The notes beneath the pieces are model-generated. The model saw only the letters and a list, made by a program, of their open reading frames with translations, had not been told where the DNA came from and did no database searches. 31,905 nt of DNA from a virus (Duplodnaviria; Caudoviricetes), in IMG/VR virus record IMGVR_UViG_3300030708_002998, positions 1-31,905 of that record; one strand, 5' to 3'. The translations under genes were made by a program, and so were the position numbers. This document shows positions 1-11,300 of this stretch, piece after piece; the stretch's first letter is position 1; each line of letters starts with the position of its first letter.

Positions 1-3000
1 ATATCGTTGAGGTTCTTAATGCCGACCCGAACGATGAGAAGATCGTTCCGTCGATGTTTTCCAGCGCCATCACTGATGGTGTTGGAAATACTTGGTATGT
101 GTCTACAAACGGAACCGATAAAGCAACTTTAGGTTCCGTTAATCCACGTCACGGCGAAACAACAGGAGCAAATGCATGGGGTAAAACTCCCACTACTGCA
201 TTTGCTTCTTTGAAGTATGCATTGGATAATTATGCTCAATCTGGTGACACAGTTGTAATTGCTGCTGGTACATACACTGAAGTATTTCCACTGACTGTTC
301 CTGTTGGGGTTACTATTAAAGGTGATGGACTGAAATCTAGTTTCATTCAACCAAGTGGTGGTACAACTACTGAAGACGCTTTCTTAATCCAAGGTGATTG
401 TAATATTGAGGATCTGTGTGTCAAGGGATTCTTCTATGATTCTGTAGGTGACACTGGATATGCATTTAGATTAAAGAATACTTACACAGTTAGTCAAGAC
501 GGAAGAAGACCATATATTCAACGTTGTAGTGTAATTACTACTGGTAGTGTCACCTCAGGTGCTGATCCACGTGGATTTAACCAAGGAGACGCTGGTAGAG
601 GTGCCTTAGTTGATGGATCAAGTGTTGCAGTATCCTCTGCTGAAGCAGCACTGCTGTTTAACGAGTGTACATTTGTTGTACCCAACTCAGTAGGTCTGTA
701 TCTTAAAAATGGCGCACGTTGTGAGTGGTTAAACTCATTCACATATTTTGCTGCCGATAGTATTAAGGGTGAAAATCCAGGTGGATCTGGTTTCAAAGGT
801 GCAGGTAAAACCAGATTAAAACTTAACAATATTACTGGTACATTTAATGCTAGTGATACAATTACTTATTATGACACTGATGGTGTTACTGCCTTAGCAT
901 CTGGCACTATTGACTCTAATGATGGTACGTATATTTACCTCACTGGTCAAGGCACTGGAGAGTTTGCTGAAGCAACTGCAGATACTGACGGTAAAGCAAT
1001 CACTGTATTTGGTGATGCTCAGTTATCTACAACCCAAAAGAAATTTGGCACAGCATCTGTTCTCTTAGATGGAACGGGTGATTATCTGTCATTAGCAACA
1101 TCATCTGACTTTGGTTTTGGTACTGGTGACTTTGCTGTTGAGGCATTTGTACGCCCAACAACAATCGCTGCTGGAAAGATCTTTGACTTTAGATCAGCAA
1201 GTCCAGATGTAGCGGTTCTGATTGACATGACAGGATCAGGTGTAATTCGCCTGAATGTTAATGGATCTAACGTAATTACTGGTGGAACTTTAACTGTCAA
1301 CACTTGGCATCATCTTGCAGTATCTAGAGTCAGTGGTGTAACTAGTTTATTCATTGATGGCACTAGAGTTGGTTCTGCATACACTGATACCAATAACTAT
1401 GGTACGTCTAAATCACTGAAGATTGGCGCTAATCTTAATGGTGCTGATGCATTTACTGGTTATATTGACGAGATTAGAGTTTCTAAAGGTGCTGCAAGAT
1501 ATGCAAATGCAGGCACTATTACTGTACCTACTGCTGAATTTACACCAGATGTAAATACATCACTTCTGATTCATGCTAACGGACTTTCTGGTAGCACTGA
1601 AATCATTGATGGTGGTATTACTTCTCAGGATATCAGATCTTCATCAGGTGGTACTGCTTCTTTCATTACCTTAGCAGATTATACTGACTTTGGTGCAGAA
1701 TTACGTTCTATTGGTTCTGCTACAGTATATGGTACTCGTGGTATTACTGCTTCAGGTCTGGGTGTAAGATTACGCTGTATTGTTCATAATTTTGGTTATG
1801 TTGGAACTGGTGCTGATTCTTCAAACGACATCAGTAATGTAGTCCAGGCAGATGAAATTATTGAATCTGGTGGCGGTAGAGTTCTCTTTACCAGCATGGA
1901 CCAGAATGGTGACTTCCGTGTTGGAGATGCTTTCTTTGTAGATCAAGAAAGAGGAACCGTATCCTTTGCTGGCGGAGATTCTGGATCTGGAACCACTTTT
2001 GACCAGATTACAGTTTCTGGTACTGGTAATACAACAACTATTCTGCCAACTTCTATTACTGTTGGTAACTTACAGTTTACTGGTGATAGTGTCACCAACT
2101 TAAGTTCTAACGGAATTGAACTTGGTTCTACATTAGAACTTCTTGATGGGGCATCGAACAGTCCATCACTGACCTTTATCAATGACAATAACGTCGGTCT
2201 ATTCAGAGATACAGATTATAGTGAATTTGGATTAGATGGTAATGGTGATGAAAATCCAAATGATCCTTTAGGTTCACCATTAGGACTTGGATTTAACGAC
2301 TCAAGAAAACTTCAAATCGGTAGAGAAGTTAATTCACTTGTTAACTTTAATGTTTCTGAGTCCAGTATTGCAACAATCACAGTCAATGCTGTTGGTAATA
2401 ACTATCCTCCTGGTCAGCATACTGTACCTACAACTGGTGGTGCAGGATCAGGTGCTGAATTAGCACTTCTCGTTTCACCATTTGTCGGTACTATCACTAA
2501 TCGTGGTAGTGGATATGAACCAGCAACCACTCAATCCGAAACCATTACTGGTGGTAGTGGAACTGGCGGTCTTATTGACGTTGAGTTCTTTGGTCTTGAA
2601 GATGGTGCTATTACTGGTGGTAGTGGTTACTATGCTCCTGCTGGTGGAACTCAGGTATATAACAACGTCGATCTCCAAAATGGTAGTGGTAGTGCTGCTC
2701 AAGCAAACCTGACTGTTGAAAATGGTGCAGTTACCGTTGTTGAAATCGTTGTCCATGGAACAGGTTATGTCCAGGGCGATGTGCTGACTGCAAATAATGC
2801 AGACATGCTTTATACGGATCCTGTAACTCAACAAGTTACACAATCACCTGGTGCTGGATTCCAATATACTCTGACAAACACTCCAGGTTCTGTTAAACAG
2901 ATTACTCCAAACACCACACCTTGGACTGCAACTGTTCCATATCAGGTTAATGATGTAATTAGTTTCACTGATAGTGTTGGAACTGGTGCTGGATTCCAAT

Positions 3001-6000
3001 TCACAATTACTGATGTTGGTGTTCCTACAGCAGTTGGTAATACTGCTGGCATTACACTTGGTGCTGCTGGTTCTGGTTATAACGTAGGTGACGTATTAAC
3101 TCCTACTTATAGTGTTGATACTACTGTACCAAATGCAGGTGATGTTTGGTTACCAGAAGTTCTTGGTGCATTTGAATATGTTACTTATAATGTTTTAGTA
3201 AATCCAGGTGTAGTTGATCAACCTGGTAATAAGTATTTTATTGATATCCAAGATGGCAATGGATCTGTAGAGGCACCATCTTTAACACTTAGAAGAAATA
3301 CAGTATACAGTTTTGTATTTACTGATGGTTCTGCTGGAACTCACCCAATCCATTTCTCAACAACACAAGATGGTACTCACAATGGTGGTACAAGATTAAT
3401 TAATGGATCACCAAGTGGATTACCAATTACTAGACCACACTATGACAGTAATGGACTCCTTGATGGTTATCAGTTAATTGTAACTGATGAACTTCCTTCT
3501 ACTCTTTATTATTACTGCGAAATCCACCCTGGAATGGCAGGTAATACTGGTGGTGGTAATGAAGCAGATCTTACTATTATCGGTACATTCCAAAGCGGTG
3601 CCTCAGCTACTGTTAATACACTTAGCAGATCAAAAATTATTGAAGTAAAAACTAGTGGTGAACTTGTAGTTCCTACTATTAGTTCTGCAATCCAAGTCAA
3701 CACAGGTTTAATTACCAGTCAAAACTTGACTCTGTTAGCACAGTCAGGTGTTGGTGGTGATCTTAACATGGATGGTAACCTCACTGTGGGTGGGGATGCA
3801 ACCATCGTTGGTGACCTTAACGTACAAGGTACTAGTGAATTTAGTGCAAACGTCGGTGGTGCTGGTGAGATCTCTATCGGTGATGCTGACGCTGATGTTG
3901 TCAACCTTAGAGGTGACATTGTACTGAATGGTGTTTATGGAACAGCAACTCCTCCAGCAACACTTGGACCTTTGGAAGGTGCTAATTTTATGCTGGATGC
4001 GTCAGAAAATCGCATCGGTATAAATCAACATCAACCTCTGTATGATTTAGATATTACTGGTGTCCTCCATAACACTGGTGATGTTTTCCTTGCATCTACT
4101 ACAGATCAAACTGTACATATCGGAAGAGACCCAGTATCATATGTACATAATCAAGATGTTGTTCTTGATGCTGCAGGTGATGTTGAAATTAGTGGAACTA
4201 TTTTAGTTCAAGATGGTTCTTCTACCGATCCATCGATTAGATTTAGCACTGCTGGTGGAGCACAAGGTATTTTTGCTCATAATATTAGTGCTGATATCTA
4301 TGGTGTTAGTTTTACAAACACTTCTGGTAGAACTGTTGAAATCAATCCAACTGAAACCAAATTCTATAGAAATATAGATTTTATCTACGAAAAGATTAAC
4401 GAAACAACTCTTACTGGAGGTAGTGGATATACCGATGGTACATATACCAATCTTAATGCAGAAGGTGGAACTGGTTCTGGTTTAGTTTATGACCTAACAG
4501 TTGCATTTGCCACAACAATCACCAATCCTGGTGCTGGTTATGATGATTCTTTATATGAAGGTGTAACAGTAACCTCAATTACTTCTGCACAGGCAGGAGC
4601 ATTACAAACTTTCACTATTACAAATCCTGGTTCAAATTATGTAGATGGTACTTATAATAATGTTGCAGTAGTTGGTGGTACTGGTTCTAATGGAACAGCA
4701 AACATTACCGTTACTGCTGGTCTAATTACTTCTGCAACTGCCGCAACAGTTGGTAATAATTATACAGCAGGTGACACATTTACAATTCCAACAGCTAGTA
4801 TTGGTGGATCTTCAGCACAGACACTTTCAGTCAATACTGGTGGTACTGGTTACACTGATGGAACTTATATCGGTATCCCTCTTACGAATGTAAGTGGTTC
4901 TGGTTCCAATGCAACAGCAGATATTACAGTTACTAGTGGAGCGGTTACATCAGCAACCATCGTTGCTGGTGGTGGAGGATATACCACTTCCGATACATTA
5001 AGTGTAGATGGTGACGACATTACCGTCTCTACATTATCAACTGTTAGTATTACAGATGCTGGTTCAAATCTTACTAATGGTAATTATACTGATGTTCCAG
5101 TTACACAAACTAACACTAGAGATGGAGCAGCATCTGCAGGAGCATCTCTCGACATCACAGTTTCTGGAAATGTAGTAACCTCAGCAGTTGTAAATGATAT
5201 TGGTACTAATTACCAAGTAAATGATACTCTGACTGTAAGTTCAACTCAGATTGGTGGTGCTAATGGTGAGATCAATAATATCACAATTACTAATGGTGGT
5301 AGTGGTTACAATGATGGAAGTTATAACAACACTACTTCAACTACAAACGGATCAGGAACTAATGCAACATTTGAAGTAAGTGTTAATGGTGGAGTTGTTG
5401 ATCAAGTAACTGTAACTAATGGTGGTCAAGGATATGCAATTGGTGACTATGTTTATCTGACTGGTTATTCTGGAGTAGAACTTGAGGTTACTGGATTAAC
5501 AGCAGCTGGTGCAGTTGAGTTTACTGTTACTGGAATTACTGTAGGATCGGGTCTTGTACTTGATGTTGATGCAGTAATTACTGGAGCTGGTTTACAATTA
5601 ACGGCAGCAACAGTTGCTTCTGGTACTGGTGGATCTAATGCTTTAGCAGATATTACAGTTGTTAATGGTGCAGTAGACACAGTTGTAATTAAAAATGCTG
5701 GTACAGGATTCTCTATTGGAGATACTGTTAGAGTCAATGATGCTGATATGCTTTATGATGATGGAACAGGGCAATTAGTTCCATCTACACCACCAACAAC
5801 ACAGATGTTGTTGACTATTTCTACTTTGGGTGTTGTTACTGATGCCTCAATTAGTGATTTTGGTGAAGGTTATATTGTTGGGGACGTATTAACAACTCCA
5901 GCATCCTCATTAGGTGGTCAGGGTAGTGGTTATCAATTAGCAGTTGATACAATTGATGTAGAAACAACAGTTGCAATTGATGAAAAAGAAGGAAGTATTT

Positions 6001-7526
6001 CTGTTAAGCAGTTAGATTCTGATGAATTTACTATTGGCAATTCTCTAACTCTTAACGCATCAGGCATTAGTAAGACCACTTCTGGTAATTTACAACTGAA
6101 TACCATAGTTGACAACTATGTTCAGATTGGTGGTTCTCAGGCAATGATTATCCCATCAGGTAATAGTGCTGCTAGACCTGTTGGTGTTGAAGGTATGATT
6201 CGCTACAATAGCGAAGTATTACAATTTGAAGGATTTAATGGTATTTCGTTCGTATCACTGGGTGGTGTTCGTGACGTTGACCTTGACACATTTGTAACTG
6301 CAGAGGCAACCACTGCTGCTGATGACGATACTTTCAGATTCTTTAATGAGAATCATAGAACTCTTACTCTTAATAAAGACAAGTTAACACTTAATAATGC
6401 AGATGAATTTGAATATACAGATCTTCATAATGTCAATCTTTGGGTAGAAGGAACAACAGTTGTTTCTCCATACGCAGCAACTAATTTTGTTCCAGATGCT
6501 ACAACAGTTGATACTTCTGCAAATACAATTACTTTAACTGCACATAATCTTGTAGAGGGAGTAATTGTTACATATGCAGCAACTGGTGGAACTGTAATTG
6601 GTGGTCTTGGAGATGGTACTGAGTATCATGTTCATGTAGTTGATGAGAACACCATTCAACTCGCAGCAGATGCAACGGATCTTGGAAATGGAGTTTATGT
6701 ATCATTAACTGGAACTTCTACAGATCCTCAACATACATTTACACCAGTTGCAGCATCCGTAACTGACATTCTATATTACTATGAGGACAGAGTATATTCT
6801 CTCCAAACAAGTGGTACTTTTGATGCTGATCCAGCAAACTTCCCAACACATACTACGGGAACTGTAGCAAATGGTACAACAACTCTTGAATATGAAAGAA
6901 ATGCATATTCCAGTCCTGTAATTCGTGCAAACACGATCAACCACCTTGTTGATAACTTACAGATTAATACTGGAGCACTTAACCTTAAGGGCGATACTAA
7001 TGCTGGTCTTATTGAAACTGCAGCACCAGATCTTAAGGTTCAATTTGATAATGCAGGAACTGTAGAACAGTTCTTAAAACTGAGCAGAGGTGGTACACTC
7101 TCTGTCAATACAGATTATGGAACTGGTGAAACTTACAAAGAGATTCTTGATTATCAATTACAGACATTAACTTTAGTTGATACTCAAATTGCTACTTCCA
7201 CTGGAACATTAGATACATCTGTTGGACCTTCTGCTGCAGTTACCTTCGGTGCTTACACAGATTCATGTTCTGGTAAGTTTATGGTAGAAATTAAAGATGA
7301 TAGTGCTACTCAAAGAAGACAGTATAGTGAAGTAAGTTATCTGGTAAGTGCTGATGGAAATGACATTTACTACACTGAAAATAATAAACTATATACTGAT
7401 GTAGTGTTATGTGATGTTACTGTAGATATTGTCTCTAATAATATCCAGGTAAATATTAATGATGCAACATCGTCTTCCACCACGGTGTATACAATCAAGG
7501 TTGTTAATCACAATATTCAGGCATAA
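1..7526 (+). CDS. Giant virion structural/fibre protein, 5' truncated (beta-helix, LamG, cupredoxin-like domain, Gly/Thr-rich repeats)
   Basis: The frame is open from base 3 (IVEVLNADPNDEKIVPSMF...), so the true start lies upstream of the window. Pectin-lyase-like start WYVSTNG..GDTVVIAAGTYTE; LamG-like segment at ~990-1580; YYYCEIHPGM motif; many I(T)xxGxGYxxG repeats; RPVGVEGMIRYN motif typical of cyanomyophage fibres. Confidence 0.85.
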   Translation, partial: IVEVLNADPNDEKIVPSMFSSAITDGVGNTWYVSTNGTDKATLGSVNPRHGETTGANAWGKTPTTAFASLKYALDNYAQSGDTVVIAAGTYTEVFPLTVPVGVTIKGDGLKSSFIQPSGGTTTEDAFLIQGDCNIEDLCVKGFFYDSVGDTGYAFRLKNTYTVSQDGRRPYIQRCSVITTGSVTSGADPRGFNQGDAGRGALVDGSSVAVSSAEAALLFNECTFVVPNSVGLYLKNGARCEWLNSFTYFAADSIKGENPGGSGFKGAGKTRLKLNNITGTFNASDTITYYDTDGVTALASGTIDSNDGTYIYLTGQGTGEFAEATADTDGKAITVFGDAQLSTTQKKFGTASVLLDGTGDYLSLATSSDFGFGTGDFAVEAFVRPTTIAAGKIFDFRSASPDVAVLIDMTGSGVIRLNVNGSNVITGGTLTVNTWHHLAVSRVSGVTSLFIDGTRVGSAYTDTNNYGTSKSLKIGANLNGADAFTGYIDEIRVSKGAARYANAGTITVPTAEFTPDVNTSLLIHANGLSGSTEIIDGGITSQDIRSSSGGTASFITLADYTDFGAELRSIGSATVYGTRGITASGLGVRLRCIVHNFGYVGTGADSSNDISNVVQADEIIESGGGRVLFTSMDQNGDFRVGDAFFVDQERGTVSFAGGDSGSGTTFDQITVSGTGNTTTILPTSITVGNLQFTGDSVTNLSSNGIELGSTLELLDGASNSPSLTFINDNNVGLFRDTDYSEFGLDGNGDENPNDPLGSPLGLGFNDSRKLQIGREVNSLVNFNVSESSIATITVNAVGNNYPPGQHTVPTTGGAGSGAELALLVSPFVGTITNRGSGYEPATTQSETITGGSGTGGLIDVEFFGLEDGAITGGSGYYAPAGGTQVYNNVDLQNGSGSAAQANLTVENGAVTVVEIVVHGTGYVQGDVLTANNADMLYTDPVTQQVTQSPGAGFQYTLTNTPGSVKQITPNTTPWTATVPYQVNDVISFTDSVGTGAGFQFTITDVGVPTAVGNTAGITLGAAGSGYNVGDVLTPTYSVDTTVPNAGDVWLPEVLGAFEYVTYNVLVNPGVVDQPGNKYFIDIQDGNGSVEAPSLTLRRNTVYSFVFTDGSAGTHPIHFSTTQDGTHNGGTRLINGSPSGLPITRPHYDSNGLLDGYQLIVTDELPSTLYYYCEIHPGMAGNTGGGNEADLTIIGTFQSGASATVNTLSRSKIIEVKTSGELVVPTISSAIQVNTGLITSQNLTLLAQSGVGGDLNMDGNLTVGGDATIVGDLNVQGTSEFSANVGGAGEISIGDADADVVNLRGDIVLNGVYGTATPPATLGPLEGANFMLDASENRIGINQHQPLYDLDITGVLHNTGDVFLASTTDQTVHIGRDPVSYVHNQDVVLDAAGDVEISGTILVQDGSSTDPSIRFSTAGGAQGIFAHNISADIYGVSFTNTSGRTVEINPTETKFYRNIDFIYEKINETTLTGGSGYTDGTYTNLNAEGGTGSGLVYDLTVAFATTITNPGAGYDDSLYEGVTVTSITSAQAGALQTFTITNPGSNYVDGTYNNVAVVGGTGSNGTANITVTAGLITSATAATVGNNYTAGDTFTIPTASIGGSSAQTLSVNTGGTGYTDGTYIGIPLTNVSGSGSNATADITVTSGAVTSATIVAGGGGYTTSDTLSVDGDDITVSTLSTVSITDAGSNLTNGNYTDVPVTQTNTRDGAASAGASLDITVSGNVVTSAVVNDIGTNYQVNDTLTVSSTQIGGANGEINNITITNGGSGYNDGSYNNTTSTTNGSGTNATFEVSVNGGVVDQVTVTNGGQGYAIGDYVYLTGYSGVELEVTGLTAAGAVEFTVTGITVGSGLVLDVDAVITGAGLQLTAATVASGTGGSNALADITVVNGAVDTVVIKNAGTGFSIGDTVRVNDADMLYDDGTGQLVPSTPPTTQMLLTISTLGVVTDASISDFGEGYIVGDVLTTPASSLGGQGSGYQLAVDTIDVETTVAIDEKEGSISVKQLDSDEFTIGNSLTLNASGISKTTSGNLQLNTIVDNYVQIGGSQAMIIPSGNSAARPVGVEGMIRYNSEVLQFEGFNGISFVSLGGVRDVDLDTFVTAEATTAADDDTFRFFNENHRTLTLNKDKLTLNNADEFEYTDLHNVNLWVEGTTVVSPYAATNFVPDATTVDTSANTITLTAHNLVEGVIVTYAATGGTVIGGLGDGTEYHVHVVDENTIQLAADATDLGNGVYVSLTGTSTDPQHTFTPVAASVTDILYYYEDRVYSLQTSGTFDADPANFPTHTTGTVANGTTTLEYERNAYSSPVIRANTINHLVDNLQINTGALNLKGDTNAGLIETAAPDLKVQFDNAGTVEQFLKLSRGGTLSVNTDYGTGETYKEILDYQLQTLTLVDTQIATSTGTLDTSVGPSAAVTFGAYTDSCSGKFMVEIKDDSATQRRQYSEVSYLVSADGNDIYYTENNKLYTDVVLCDVTVDIVSNNIQVNINDATSSSTTVYTIKVVNHNIQA

Positions 7527-7530
7527 TTAA

Positions 7531-8307
7531 ATGGCAACTCAAAATTTAAAATCCTTTCAATCTGAGGGTGGATTTTCTGTTTCTGAAGCAACTATCATTG
7601 ATGCAGATAGAAACATTATTGATGCTCACACAGTAAAAGTTTTAGACAATAATAACGATAAAACTTTTAAAAAAGAGTACATGGCACATCTGGGATTAAC
7701 AGATGCTGTTCAATCTGGAGAAATGCTTCCTACTCATGAAGTAGAAGCAGATAGGATTGTATTTTTGAGTGGATTCTTTTTAGCAACTTGGGTTGGATAT
7801 CCTGTTGCAGTGTTTGATGTCAACGCAAATAGTACTCAAATTAATTGCACGCTTCCAAATCATGGTTTAACAACTGGTGATAATATTATTGTTGACTTCT
7901 CTAACAATGCAAGAGATACTGCAAATGGAACTTATCCTGTAACTGTTGTTGATTCTAGTACATTTAATTTCAATACCTCTGCTCCACTTGATGTTAACGC
8001 TCCTATTTTGCAAGAGAACTTAGAAATTACTTCATACCCATTAAATTGGGAATATGCTGCAAAAATTGAATCTGCTGTAATTAGCAGTCCTACACAAACA
8101 TTAACTATTGCTGCTTCTACTACTACAGTTGTAAAGGATAATGTCCCACCTGGACATACTTGGACTATTGTTCCAACTGTAAACAACGTAACAAATGTGT
8201 TAACGTTCACACCTTCAGTATCATCTAATGCTGGAATTGAATTACGTGGTAATGGTATTAGATGGAGTGGGAAGGTTGAGATCGTTTACTCACAAAGAAA
8301 CTATTGA
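7531..8307 (+). CDS. Virion structural protein, probable partner of the giant fibres
   Basis: 258-aa beta-rich ORF 4 nt after the upstream stop. Its HGLTTGD...GTYPVTVVDSSTF module is also seen in the fibres. Confidence 0.7.
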   Translation: MATQNLKSFQSEGGFSVSEATIIDADRNIIDAHTVKVLDNNNDKTFKKEYMAHLGLTDAVQSGEMLPTHEVEADRIVFLSGFFLATWVGYPVAVFDVNANSTQINCTLPNHGLTTGDNIIVDFSNNARDTANGTYPVTVVDSSTFNFNTSAPLDVNAPILQENLEITSYPLNWEYAAKIESAVISSPTQTLTIAASTTTVVKDNVPPGHTWTIVPTVNNVTNVLTFTPSVSSNAGIELRGNGIRWSGKVEIVYSQRNY

Positions 8308-8313
8308 TAATAA

Positions 8314-8321
8314 GATAAATA
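8314..8321 (+). promoter_or_regulatory. T4-type late promoter (GATAAATA)
   Basis: One mismatch to TATAAATA, intergenic, ~28 nt before the ATG at 8349. Confidence 0.7.
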
Positions 8322-8348
8322 AATCTATACGGAGACCATAGGGAAGAA

Positions 8349-11300
8349 ATGGCTTTAGAATTTAATGCTGATCGCCAACAGATTAAATCTGACCAACTAA
8401 AAATCAAAAATGATACTAGTGTCAGATTCGATCTGGGTGCTGGTGCTGACGAAAAGGTTGCAGTATTTGGAACCTTAACAAACGATGTTGACAAACTGGT
8501 TCGTGTTGGTATCAACACTACCAATCCACTTTATGAATTGGACGTTGACGGTCAAATTAGAACGACCACCTCTATCATTTCGGATACTGCACGTATTCAG
8601 AACCTTGATATTGATACGATTGTTAACCCCTCACTGAATCTTAAGGCACCTGTCCTTAATACCTTCACTGATCCAAACACTGGTGAGGTCTTCTTCCCTC
8701 GCTCTGCCACGCCAGCATTTGCGGATGATAGTAATAAGGTAGCAACGACAAACTTCGTTTATAACATTGCAACTAACGACGTTGGTGGTCGTATTTACGT
8801 TTCTCAGCAGATTGGTTCTGATACCTTTGATGGTAGATCTGCTACGAAACCAGTTAGAACTATTAAGAGAGCAACACAACTTGCTGCTGAAACTGGTGAT
8901 AAAGAAACTCTGATCGTTGCAGGTGGAGATTACTTAGAAGATAACCCAATCTCCCTGCCAGATCTCTGTTCTGTTGTTGGTGATAATATTCGTCTGTGCA
9001 TTGTTCGACCTGCCAATCCTGGCAAGCACATGTTCAAAGCGTCGAATGAGAACTATGTAACTGGTATTACATTCCGAGATCAGATTGATTCTGATAATGT
9101 CGCTATTAAAACTTGGTCTTTTGCTTACGTATTTGACGATAAGCAGAGATTCTTCTATCCAAGAACTCTTGGTGGACAGTTTGGTAGAACCTTTAATCTT
9201 GGACACAAGATTGCTGCTGCTCAAGAATGGGAACTGACATTCACATCTAATGGTGGTGGTGTTCTTCTTGTTCCAGGTATCACTCTTAATGGTCCTGCAG
9301 GTGGTACTGGTGTAATTACATCTGTAACCTTTGATGCTAATACAGATCAAAGTGGTACTTTGATTATCAATGATATTACTGGTACGATTGAATCTACTGG
9401 TGGTGTTTATACTTATGAAGCAAACAACCCTGTTGTTAACTACAACTTAAGTGTTACTAGAGGTGAGCAGTTAACTCCTGATGCACAGGTTGTCAAGCAT
9501 GTAACAACACACCTCTCTTATGCTGTAACTTCAGTTAAGACCGACCCTGCATATCCAGATGGTCTGGTATTTACTACTGTAGATTACCATGATTTTGAGG
9601 TTGGTCAATATCTGACTATTACTAATTTACCATCATCTGGTCTCTATTCAGATTTAGATAGATTTAATGGTCGTCAGTATATCTCACATCGTATTGAAAC
9701 TGATGACGGTTTCAGTAAAAAGTTTGTTGTTTATAAAGACACTCCTACAGATCTGGCAGCACTTGGAGCACCAGGTGGTGAGTATGGTGTATCGGCGTTT
9801 GGTGTTCTTGTAGAATCTGCTGATAACTATGTCGTATTCTCCCTTGACAACTCTCCACGTAAGTTTGATGAATCAGTCAAGAGTCCTAACAGATTCCTTG
9901 ATGCTGTTGACCTGATTGGTAGAAACGAAACTCCGATTGCTAAGGAAGCAATTAGAAGAACTAAGGAAGAGTATCCACTGTTTACTATTCCTGACGAATC
10001 ACAATGTGAAACTGATATTAAGCACATTGTCAATGCAATTTCATATGACTTGACCTGGGGTGGTAATGCTGCAACTAAAGAAGCAGCAGATAACTATTTC
10101 ACTGCAGGTGCTCTGAATCACATTCAGGATCAACTTAAGGAAACATCATACGCATTTGCAGAAGCAAGAGACCTGTCAATCCAGGCAATGCGTAACCAGT
10201 TGAATACTGTAAGTACAAGTTCAACTGCTTCAATTACTAGACCAACTGGTTATACTGGTAAATATCTGTCTATTGTTTGGGATAATGAAAAGTTTGTTGC
10301 TGTAGGTGAGGATGGTGCAATCCACACTTCTACAAACGGAACTACTTGGACTGCACAAACTACTGGCACAACAGAAAACCTTAATGATATTAGATGGAAT
10401 AAGTGGGCAATTGGTGAGAGAGGTGTCCCAGAATATGTTGTTGTTGGTGACAATGGTACTATTCTCTGGTCAAATAATGCAGAAACTTGGTATAGTGTAA
10501 CCTCTGGAACTACAAATAATTTAGAAGCAATTGCATATAACGGAACAAGATATGTTGCTATTGGTCAATTAGGAACTGTTATATATTCTGATAATGTTAA
10601 GACATGGAATGCAGGAACTTCAGGATTTATTAATTCCTTCTATGATCTAATTTATAATGACGATTGTGACAAATTCGTTGCAGTTGGTAGTGGCGGTAAA
10701 ATTATTATCTCTTCTGATGGTAACACTTGGACCGAACAAGAAAGTGGTACAAATCAAGAACTCAGAGGCATTTCTTGGTCAGAAGGTAGAATGGTCGTTG
10801 TTGGAGCAGATTCCAATATCGCCATTAGTGATGATAACGGACTGACTTGGGAAACTAATCTTATTAATGATAATAGTCCTGACAATCCACAAAGCAATAA
10901 AGATGCAGATGCTGCTGATCTAATTCTTGCTAACCAAGCACTCATTGCTAACATTGCTGTTGGTAAGATGCTTGCTAACAATAGTGGATATACCATTCCT
11001 ACAGGCAATCAAGCATGTAAGGATGACATCATGGCATTTATTGGTGCTATGGTTATCAACCTTGAGTTCGGTGGCAATGATGAAGTATATGACGCTGCTA
11101 ATCTGTATGTAACAGGTTCTCATGTACAAGGCGAGGAAGATGAATCTGTAGAGGCATTCAACTATGCTAGAGACCTCTGTATTGAGGCAATGCGTAATCA
11201 GGCATTCTCTGGCAGTGACATGGCATATGCAGAGGGTCTTACTCAGGTTATTGATAACACAGTAACCACAGACACTAACAATCCTGCTTGTGCAACTCAG

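Noticed and set aside
54-56. ATG at 54 as the start of the first gene
   Set aside because: The frame is open back to the window edge and there is no RBS, so the gene probably starts upstream.
10260-10860. Photosystem II assembly factor Ycf48 or sialidase call for the Asp-box repeats
   Set aside because: These are generic propeller blades embedded in a fibre, with no evidence for a stand-alone auxiliary gene or catalytic residues.
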